DNA of 63,994 nucleotides, filler included, from Basidioascus undulatus (lineage: Eukaryota), in NCBI GenBank assembly GCA_000826855.1. It is 4 parts of 4 records of this genome, joined end to end, with 100 filler letters (N's around TTAATTAATTAA, not from the genome) between each part and the next. Parts side by side here need not be neighbours in the genome. Positions count along the whole stretch, not along the records: positions 1 to 31,103 come from JTLS01000106.1; positions 31,204 to 42,154 come from JTLS01001062.1; 2 more parts are not named here. The stretch is one strand, 5' to 3'. Numbering within the stretch: position 1 is the first letter of the stretch; each line of letters opens with the position of its first letter. This document shows positions 29,802-39,493 of the stretch, in pieces. The notes under the pieces were generated by a model that ran no database searches, was not told the origin of the DNA, and saw only the letters and a program-made list of their open reading frames with translations. Position numbers and translations under genes: made by a program.

Positions 29802-31001
29802 ATGTCTGAGACTCACCTCATCCACGTCTCGAGTATCGGCGTCGTTCACGCTCCAGCCGCGGCGTCCACCGACACCGCGTCCACCGCTCAGCAGTCCACG
29901 TCCGCTCCCCCTTCGGCCCTCAAAAGCGTCGGTCACCTCATCCAGAAGGAAGATCCGTCTGCTCTCCCTGACCTTGTTGGCTTGCCTGCCGGCTTCCGGT
30001 TCAAGTCCAAGAACCTCACGCCTGCCGAGTGTTCCGTGCTGGAGACGTTCTTCAGGGCGCACGGGCCGGGGACGAAGAAGCAGAGGAAGGCGCTCGCGGA
30101 AGGTAGGCTCTCCTGTCACTCTCTCTTTTCCAAGGCTTCAGCTCAAAAAAAGAGGATCCATAGAGGAGGGGATCAACTCGGTCGCGCTGGGTCGATGGTT
30201 CGCCGCTCGGCAGCGGTTCGAGGAGAGCCAGCGCTCCCCTTCGCCGCCCGCCTCGCCCAAAGTCAACGTCGAGCAGCCGAGCGCGCACACGAATCAGTCG
30301 ATCCACGCCACATTCAAACATCCCCTGCCTCCCCATCCGGCCGCTGCGCTCGGAGGACCGTCCAGCTCGCATGCCTCGCGCAGCGCAGCCGTCGCGTCGA
30401 CGTCGACCGAACAGGGCACCGCCGCCGACTTCGCAGGGCCCATCCCCGCCAGCGCGATGGAGAGGATTCCCGCAAAGGAGCTGGTCAAGGCACTCAGGTG
30501 CATTGCTGCGGCGGGGAAGCTGGCGATCTTGCCGCAAGGTGCGTGTGGGCGTTTGTCGACGGAGATGACAGCGCGCAGGCTTTCTCATCTTCCATCGCAG
30601 TCCCTCCGCCTCCCGCTCAGCCTCAGCCTCAGCCCCAGCACCCCTTCAACGAGTACCACCCCCAGAGCTTCCAGCCCTCTCATGACCCGCTCCAGCACCA
30701 GCCGCCGGGCACCTCGCAGTCACACGCTGCCGACGCAGCGTACGCTGCATCGCTCCCTCTTCAACCGACCGTATTCCACCCACTAGCGCTTCCTTCCGCC
30801 CTGTCAGGTGAGAACCTTTCCCTTCCGCTCCCCACACATGAACAGTGGACTGAAGACCCCCGCCTCACGCAGACTTTCTTGGCAAGCCCAGCGCTTCGAC
30901 CCAGCAGCCCGGCTGGCCGTAGTAGTGCGTGTCGCATGAACGTTTATCGCTTACGACTCGGTATTATTAAAGTCCGTCTTTTGCAAAATGAGTGTGTGTA
31001 G
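29802..31001 (+). CDS. Divergent homeodomain-like protein (3' end uncertain)
   Basis: After removing the intron at about 30103-30162: LTPAECSVLETFFRAHGPGTKKQRKALAEEEGINSVALGRWFAARQR. This has homeodomain spacing (L16, F20, R31, L34/A35, I40, W48, F49) and is followed by a P/Q-rich region. Confidence 0.6.
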   Translation: MSETHLIHVSSIGVVHAPAAASTDTASTAQQSTSAPPSALKSVGHLIQKEDPSALPDLVGLPAGFRFKSKNLTPAECSVLETFFRAHGPGTKKQRKALAEGRLSCHSLFSKASAQKKRIHRGGDQLGRAGSMVRRSAAVRGEPALPFAARLAQSQRRAAERAHESVDPRHIQTSPASPSGRCARRTVQLACLAQRSRRVDVDRTGHRRRLRRAHPRQRDGEDSRKGAGQGTQVHCCGGEAGDLAARCVWAFVDGDDSAQAFSSSIAVPPPPAQPQPQPQHPFNEYHPQSFQPSHDPLQHQPPGTSQSHAADAAYAASLPLQPTVFHPLALPSALSGENLSLPLPTHEQWTEDPRLTQTFLASPALRPSSPAGRSSACRMNVYRLRLGIIKVRLLQNECV

Positions 31002-31030
31002 AGTCTGCGTGTAGTGAGAAACAAAAAAAG

Positions 31031-31103
31031 TCGTAGTCAGATACTCTACCATTGAGCCAGCCGGCCGTGACCGACGCAGGGATCGAACCTGCAACCCCCT
31101 GAT
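31031..31103 (-). tRNA. Apparently circularly permuted tRNA-Arg(ACG): 3' half (nt 38-73) precedes 5' half (nt 1-37)
   Basis: The minus strand reads ATCAGG-GGGTT-GCAGGTTCGATCCCTGC-GTCGGTCA, then C, then GGCCGGC-TG-GCTCAATGGTAGAGT-A-TCTGA-CTACGA, then CTTTTTTT. The re-ordered halves give a complete cloverleaf. The element abuts a contig end. Confidence 0.65.
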
Positions 31104-31203
31104 NNNNNNNNNNNNNNNNNNNNNNNNNNNNNNNNNNNNNNNNNNNNTTAATTAATTAANNNNNNNNNNNNNNNNNNNNNNNNNNNNNNNNNNNNNNNNN
31201 NNN
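31104..31203. other. Artificial contig-joining linker
   Basis: N44-TTAATTAATTAA-N44, a six-frame stop spacer identical at three places in the window. Confidence 0.97.
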
Positions 31204-32260
31204 ATGGAGGTAGCGGGCAAGGGAGGGGTCCACCCGGGGAGGCGGTGAGTGGGCTGGGGAAGGAGGGCTAGCAGGGAACCGGTGACTGGATGTTGCGTGA
31301 CGATGCTTGCTTGCATGACATTATTGTTGTATTTCATCCTCACGGATTCGTGCTTGCCAAGTTGTCCGGGGTTTTTTTTTCGTTCTCACTCACAAGGGAA
31401 GAAGTCCACATATTCAGCTGGGAAGTCGTCAGCGGTATTGGGAGGTTCCGTGATGACCTGCCGCTGCAGGGACACCGGGCAATTGCGTTCCGCCCACTGC
31501 CATCAGCCTCCGCTCGCCTCCTTCCCATGGCCGACACCTCTATGACCAACACAGCAGTGGTACACTATCCACATGATATAACTCACCGAATGACTTTCAG
31601 ATAAGTTGAGGGGCTCGTCTGACCGGCCGCTGCGAGGCTACCGGACCCATGAGGCAACACTACGACGCAACTCGGGTATTTGGAGGACGGGTGCCTGTGG
31701 AAGGTGGTACTGCAGCCAGCCGATGGCTTACTCGGCTACCCATGAAGTACACTTGTTTTTGCGGAGCTAAATATCTATCACAAATAGCTGTACGGAAGTG
31801 ATAACGGGTCGCTGCGCCGAAGGAGGAGCAGTGCTCCCTCTCCAGGGGGCACTTGATACAGACATGGAAGTGCATCACAAACACCTCAGCAGATTGCCCC
31901 GTATACAGCTGCGTACATAAAAAAAAAGGTCTTTCCGCATCAGCGGGGCGGAGCGGACACAGTCTTCCAGGCCCCGTCCTCCTGAGTGCAGCCGTCTCTG
32001 TTCATGCGGGACCTTGCGCTTCTGCGGCTGCTTGGTCGCTCGTCATTCTAATAAAGATACCCAGGAACCCCACATATGGCTCTAGCTGAGTGCTGGGTAG
32101 AGGGGCAGCGGACGCAGTGATCCGAAGCCGAGTCCCACCGACTAGTCCCCCGATAAGCTGCACTTGCATTCCTTTAAAGACCACGCTATCGCCGTCAATT
32201 CGCTCTTGTATTCACACCCACATCACCACTTCTACACCTGCGCATTCATCCATAACAGCC

Positions 32261-32331
32261 ATGCCCGTCACTCTTGACCCTTCCAACGCCGACACTCGCA
32301 CTTTTAAGATCGCGGCTGTGCAGGCCGAGCC
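32261..32331 (+). pseudogene. Orphan first exon of a nitrilase-family gene
   Basis: MPVTLDPSNADTRTFKIAAVQAEP followed by a GTGAGT donor. No downstream nitrilase motifs (FPE, HRK, CWE) were recognised. Confidence 0.6.
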
Positions 32332-32425
32332 GTGAGTGGTCCATACTTTCTTCCTGCCGATACGTTGCCAGATGTTCTAAAGGTTATCATTCAAAGAAGA
32401 AATACTTTCTGAGGGGCTCTTTCCT

Positions 32426-34489
32426 GTGGACAGCATGCAATACTTTTTTCAACTCCCTCAGACTGCGACACCTCCCCAACTCCCTCAGCCGTTCTACCCG
32501 ACTATCCGATGGCGCAGGAGCAGCGCGAGCTCTCAGGTCCGCGGCACCTACCGGGGCCAGCTGGAGGGTCACCAGGAGCGCTTGAAAATAAAAGGGGTGG
32601 GAAGGGAAACAGGATCAGGAGCCTGGACGTGACAGACACTGATGCAGTCCGCCACCAGCCTGCCCGTCGCACCGTCTGAGCATCGTGCGTACCCTGCTTC
32701 GCTCTTCCCGACTTCCTCCTCTCTCTTTGATGACCGGGTATCACTAATTCTGGACCACGTCCTCCATGCCCAGCCTCAACCGCACATAGCAGCCCGCATC
32801 AAACCCACCTCACGCAACCCTCACTCGTCGTCGCGCCTCACAGGTCCCCCTTTGCTCAACGATCCTCCGGGAGCACGCCACTCTCATCCTGCTCCTCCAC
32901 CCATACCTTGATCCGCGCCACCGCACTCCCACTACCAGTCCGCAACCCAAACAGTCTGGATTGGCTCTCTCCCGGCACACGCGTCTCCCGCGCTCCTCGC
33001 CGCCGCCATCCGCGGCCACGGCTGCGAACCTGTCGGTAACCTCACGGCCATCAAGCGCACGCACTGGCCTTTGCGAGCTTTTCAAGCGGCGAGGCAGCCG
33101 AGACCGCTGCGGAGCGGCTCGCGGAGCTAAGTTCATGGGGAGGAAAACTCAACGTGCGGTTGAAGAGCAGGGCAAGGTCTTCGGCAGTGTTCAGGATGCA
33201 GCCAACCACTGTATGGGCATTTACTACAGCGTATCAGCAAGCGTGTTCTGAATTAAGCGGGAACGTCTTTCAGGGAGAGTCCAGTTCATCAACTACGAGT
33301 GGGCCGGGACCAGAAGAAGCGACCGTGGACTTGACGCACCAGGGCACCGGCATGCCTATCCGGTACTTCATACTGAAAGCCTTGAGTTGAATTAGTCCAT
33401 CTCATTGTCTTATTTTTCCAATAATTACATGTAGCCGGCCGCCTGTACCTGTTTCAGGTCGATATGGACGCCCCGATCGAGAGCGGTGTGTGGTCTACGC
33501 AACGGCACAACGTGGCTGCCCTCAACGCGGCTTTCGACTCGTCCGAGCTCGTCCTTCTCCTCATGTCTCCCAACAAGCAAAGGGGCTTCTACGGCTTGGC
33601 GGTAGGTTTTTTGGAGGCTACTCTATTCACTTCCCTCCAATTCACCCAAAGGCTGACGCCCAAGTCCGCCACAAAAAATGGCGGCTCGAATATCTCTGTT
33701 CTACGCCCTCATCTACGCTGACTTCTCACACGCAGACATCAGCCGACTCCCTCGAGCATCGTTCCGCGCCGACTTTGCGCATCCGCACCTCTCCACTGGC
33801 GCCGAGCGCCGCGCTTCCGCGCCGCACTGGACACTCCACAATCCACCCTCGCAATTCGTCTCATGCACCCAAATGGGCGATCATCGCTCAGCGAGCCTTC
33901 CAGTCGTCCCGAGGAGCGAGCCGCGCCACGTTCAGCCTCTGACGGCTGCAGACCCGACGGCTGGGACACCGTCGTCCGCACAGCAGCCCCGGGAACGCGA
34001 CCCCAGGACTCGGGCCTGCCCCGGGATGAGGCACCCAAAGCTGGCGTCCAGCCCGCGGATGATCAGGCCATGTCGCAAGTTGAGGAGAGCCAGGAGGAGG
34101 ACGAAGGACGTGCGGTGCTGGGACGCACAGTCTCTGCTCCCGCTAACCTCGAGCCTACGCGCGAAGGCGATGAGGAAGAGGATGGTGCATCTTCTGAGCT
34201 CTCTTGGGGTAACGTTTCCGCGCCCAGTGCTTTCTCCTCCTCCGAGATTCTCCGCATCCGCGGTACTTCGTCGTCGCACCTTCCCCCTCCGATCATCTCA
34301 TCTCGGCAGCCTGGCCTGTCGCCTGCCCTTCCATCTCCCCCAGAGCTCGAACCCTCTCCTACCCTTGAACGAGCTCGAGACAGGCGTAGGGGAGCGCATT
34401 GTGCGCGAGTTCCGTTTGGAAGGCGACACAGGCGAGAGGGACAGCGGGGGAAGGGGAGGAGAGAAGATGTAGGGGTGTTCATGATGTGA
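32426..34489 (+). pseudogene. Degenerate YTH-domain RNA-binding protein gene
   Basis: PIRYFILKALS*, IESGVWSTQRHNVAALNAAFDSSELVLLLMSPNKQRGFYGLA, a long low-complexity insert, then LPFH...ELETGVGERIV. Contains stops, frameshifts and a shortened C-terminal YTH half. The 5' boundary is uncertain. Confidence 0.68.
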
Positions 34490-35485
34490 TGAGAGGCGTT
34501 TAGCCTGCCCAATTCAAGTTTTTTCCTTGGAGTGAGGCGCTTGGTATGAGGCGGCTGGTCCATATTCCACGATTGATGTCGTGGGGAACACCGGGCAACT
34601 GCAGCACTGCATGCATTCTGCGCAGTAGTTCCGCTCGACGCCCAACGCCTGTTTGCTTTTGACACCGTCTGTCCCATCCTGGAGAGTTCTGACATAATTC
34701 AAGAGCATCAAGTAATCAACTATCTGCTGCGTCAGCGCGTGCCGGTCCGTAGAAGAAGCCTTGCAAAAGGGAAGGCGAGCCTGTTCCGAGCGTGTTGGAT
34801 CTCGTGCCTTGTGGTTCTTGTGAAATGCTTTTATGTAATCTTGGACAGATGTATGAGCGCCGACAAGAAAAAGGCGGACTAGTCTACTCGCGATGCAGCC
34901 GCAACTGAAGCAGCTGCAAGTCCAGCATCACAAGTAACGCGTGTTGGCTTCGACAGTCCTGGTATAGCACACGATTTTTTCTTGTAATGACTCTTGCTTT
35001 CCTTTAATAAACCTCCGCTAATGACCCAGATGAAATGGGCAATCCCGGCTCAAACGACCGTCATTCCGCGGCACACCAAAGCGAACGGCTCTTCCACAGC
35101 TAAGAAAAACTGAAAAGGTGCCTGAGTTTCTCAACGTTGTGTTGTTCTCCCGAGCCATACTCCGTTACCGAGCCATACTCCGTTACAGACCCCCTCACTA
35201 GTGTTCATGGCTGATGGGCCTGTCCGTACAATGAGCTGCTGTACAAGTGACAATCCGAAGCGCACTTGACGTCTGCTGACATCTCAGGGGATAACCTCAG
35301 AAATCCAAATCTCGCAGGTAGATGAATGAATTAAGTTGTAAAAGGAGTGTGATCGCTTATATTAGGTTTTTCGAATTATTCTATGGGTGCTTGTGCTTAA
35401 ACAATCGCTTCAGATGCTGCACTTCCCGTGAGCGCGGCTACCGACAAGAAAACCAGTCTTCCCCGCTTCACCAACGGAAAGAAGT

Positions 35486-36108
35486 TCAAGTCCGACCCTC
35501 TCGGCCCTCCCGGACTTGCCGCCCAAAGTCCTCCGGCTCGGGGATGGGGAACACCACGCTTGGAGAGTCATGGGGGAATGCGTGCTGAGGACTGATCGGC
35601 GTGGGCGGGGCCGAGGCTACCGACCAGACGGACGGGGCGTACACCGACTGAAAACTACCGGGGAGTGTCGTGAAGCTCCGCTGAAGGGGTGATGGGAGGA
35701 GGTCGGGTGCGGAGACTGTTTCGTGAGGGAGCTGAGAAGGGGTTGGATGTCTGCATGACCGGATCGCCTGGACCTCAGCAACGAGGGGAGGACTTCCGCA
35801 GGAGCGAGAAAGGATGGAACTTACCCGGGTGAGCCCCCCCATTCCCGTGCTCGTACAGTATCTATCTCCAGACCTGGGTTCGAGCGGCGCAACACCGCCC
35901 GTTCAATTCGGGGTGGCGTGGTGCGGTCCTGCTGTGCCTGCAGCTCGACGCCAGGAGGGTTCGACCGCTCGCGGGGTCGTTGTGCGCGGTGGGGAAGACG
36001 GGTTGGGCGATAGTAGTGGATGTAAACGAGAGCGACTATTATACCAGAGTATACGCCTAGTATGACGGCTAGACAAACAGATGCGATCACGGCGGGTGAG
36101 GGGGACAT
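35486..36108 (-). CDS. Small hypothetical single-pass membrane protein
   Basis: Hydrophobic N-terminus (AVIASVCLAVILGVYSGIIVALVYI), an intron near 35773-35825, and an S/P-rich tail. Confidence 0.55.
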
Positions 36109-37611
36109 GGTGAAGACCTGGAGACTGGCGCTGCCGTGCTGGTACGCCGCACGAAGGCGAATGCTAGGGGAGTAGAGGGGACATGCCTGCTGCCTTCTTG
36201 CCTTAAAGACTTTGGCGTGGGACAGGATCAGCGAAGGTGTCTTGGGACGCGTCGCGGGCTAGTTTGTTTTCTTGAGGCGCAGTGAATGGCACTCGCCGTG
36301 TCGGGGCTTGGAAGCCACGCAGATCGCTGCAAATGAAGTGTCTCTCTGAGAGGTCAAAGACCACGGAATTAATATATAAAGTATTTCAGGGACAGTGCTC
36401 CTTCGAAGTGGCGTCAACGCCGTCCTATACCCGAACCAGGACGGCTCAGCATTCGAGGCGTGCATGCGGAGTGGGAGGAACGGAAGTCGAAGAACGGCAA
36501 GAGTTGTATACTGCACTTGAGGTAGCCATGTGTTCGTGGAGCGTTGCGCAAGAGACTGAAACGCACCCGATACTCTCGTCCCGGCCATTGAAATATGGCC
36601 GTGGATCTGCAAGCAGGTTTGACACAGGCGAGTGAATATCGCCACCGGAACAGCAGCTGGGACAGCCAATCTCCGATGATTAACTTTCCCTTTCTGTGAG
36701 TGTACTCCTCGCTTGCTCAGCATGGTGTATATTGCAAGTTGTGGGGAAGACCGAAGACAGGCCCTCATATTCAAGAAGGTGCCTCTTGACACAGGCCGGC
36801 TCCAGCACCGCCATGAGTCTCCACCGGCTTCAGTATGGCACTCAACTGAGAAAGGGCTTTGCATCGCGACTTCGCTGCCTCGCTGACCTCTATCCACAAC
36901 CAAGTCGCAAGTGGAGATATCGGGGAATTCAACTCGAACCTAATTTTGCACAGCCATTTCATTTTCAGAACTCTCCAAGTATACTGGAGACTCTACTTAG
37001 CGTCTCTGCCAGCGTGTCCGCCGCCTCGAACGCACATGAGCGGGATCATCGTTGCAAAATGACAACTCTCGCGTGCAAGCCAAACCGCTGGGTCCGGCCC
37101 GCCGCTCTCTTTCGTGAGCGGGGTGATCTACCTCTTTCCACTTGCCTCAAGCGGTCTGCTGGAATAGCGATGCGTTTTCTCAGCAATTAGCTGTAAACCA
37201 TAGCCTAGAAACGGCAGAAAGCTGACACTCGTACAAAACAGGCAAATTGCCGCTGAATGCGTTCGTGTTGTCTGAACACTTCGACGCATGCAAAGGGGCC
37301 ACGAGGCTGTACCATAGATGACTGTTACGGAAAGCTCACATGGAACCGCTGCTTTTGACTTTCGGTTTGCAGTCCCCGTTGATGCAGATCAATGTTAATC
37401 TCTCCGACCGGCCCGCCGTTCCAGCCGTGGCGTAGTAATTTCTCCAGCATTTATCGCAGTTCAAGCTCTACCCTGGTGCCACGTTCTGCAACTCATACGT
37501 CTTAATTCTGTCCCCCATCTTTCATCCAAATTATGAGAACTCACCGCGCTGCACCACCGAGTCAGCCCGCAGTCGGGGGCAGCCATGAATCTTTTCGCAG
37601 TCCAATGGCGG

Positions 37612-38515
37612 ATGTCGATGTTCCGGACACCCAGATCGTATATGAGGCCGGTGCTGAAGGGTACGTTTATCTCTTTTGCGATGAATATCCCGTACACATG
37701 GGGAATTGATACTCTCTATCCCATCTCAATCCAGCCTTCTCACCGCTGCCGGCGTCGTGCTTGCCGGTCTGCGTCCTCCGGCAGCTTCCAATCGCTTATC
37801 CAGAAGCCTTTCCTCCTCGAACGTTCCACCTCTTCACCTTCGAGAGCCGGAACGCCTCGAAACTGCACCTCTCATTCTCCTTGCTCCTCGTTCGCCCACG
37901 TCATTGCCGGAATCGTCCTCCCCGCCTTCCACCATCGTCTCCGATCCTCCCGCGCCGCGCAAAGCTCGCACTCGGCCGCTGCCTCGTCCTCCTCCAGGCC
38001 GAGTCGACACAGAGGTTGGGATGTGGGGATACGCTGCTCCGCCTCCTCCACCTGCCGGTCCGCATGCCCAGCCGAAGCCGCCTCGCAGTGAGAGGTTCAA
38101 GGCGGAGGAAGCTGAGCGACGGGTGCGCGAGCTGGTGCGGGAGGAGCTTGAAAAGCTCGCGCTGCTCCCGGGACCGGAGTCGAATGTTCGCAGCTCACAA
38201 CAACATCCCACCTCGTCCTCGTTCTCGGCGGGCAGGGCGGCGAGCTCGAGACACAGGCCATCTACAGCCGACGCACCCTCCACCTGGCGTTCTCTCACAC
38301 CACCTCCGACACCGCCCACCCCGAAGAGCGCCCGCAGGCACTCTCTGGTCCCTATACCTACTAGTCCGTCGCGGACCACCAAGCGACCGCCCACACCGCC
38401 GTCTGATGAAGTGTCTTTCGAGGAGGGAGAGTGGCAGGACGAGCCGGCGGCGGAGAAGAAGGGTCGGGGCTGGGGGAGGTGGTTGAAGAAGGTTTTTGGG
38501 CAAGGGCGTAGTTGA
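37612..38515 (+). CDS. Hypothetical proline/serine-rich protein
   Basis: Short first exon with a GTACGT donor at about 37661, then a long GC-rich open frame ending GWGRWLKKVFGQGRS*. Confidence 0.45.
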
Positions 38516-39493
38516 TAACCTTTTTCCTCCCTTCTTTGGGATTTTAAGATGTATCACAAGCAGGCTTGATAAGGCATACTCGAATGTGATCTTTCCCAAA
38601 TTCGGACCTACGTGAGCGACGAAAGCCAGTAAACAGTTTCACTGTCTTCAAGTCAAACTTGAGGTCGAGAGGAATTACCCCATGTAATGACATGATACTT
38701 CTTTATTTTCCATCAGTCTCCCCGACCTGCAGCGCAGAGCGGCGTCTTGGCACTCTGCAGCGAACACCTGACAGTCACAGGGGTCGCAAACTTGCATCGC
38801 TGCTTCTGATTTAATCCCATAGCTAATATATCTTTGGAACAGTGAGGAATCTTCAAATACCTTATCTTCATAAAATACTCACCGTAGGAGACCTCGTGTA
38901 CAACCGTACACGACGAAGACTGGATTGAAGCCGAAAGCAACGCTCCAAGCCACTGCTGGAAATCACGGCGCGCAAACCGACTTACGACCAGTGCATCTGT
39001 AACGTAAAAGTCTGCCAGACGTGAACTCGCGTGATAAAAGAAATAAGGATATGAAAGATCCACACATCTTACCGTCTTGTGCGCTGTGTGAGCCTGTAGC
39101 GAATGGAGGACCCCGACGTTAGCACACGCAGCTGCAACATGTTTCCCTTGAACCGACTCCGTACTCTCACGTGTCTTAGAATAACCTGATTTAGGAGATC
39201 TCAGGTGCTGCAAACCCCGCAGAGCGAGTCCCGTCCGAAGAGGCGTTGATCATCACCCAACATCACCGCCCCCCAACGTCAACATTGCACACGACCGGCG
39301 CCGTCGAAACATGAGCATTTAAGGTACGTATACAGCATTCAAACCAACAATAGGAACAGAGAAAGAGAACGTAGACGAAATAGCGCCCTAACGGAGAACA
39401 AAAGACCGAGAGAAGAATACAAGGCGCGCCGGCAGCACGGACACACATGGCAAGGGCAATAGACGAAGAGTAAGGATGAGATGAGGTGGGGGG

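Noticed and set aside
35150..35186. Tandem duplication of ccgagccatactccgtta
   Set aside because: Only two adjacent copies with no spacers, so it is ordinary slippage and not an array or a CRISPR.
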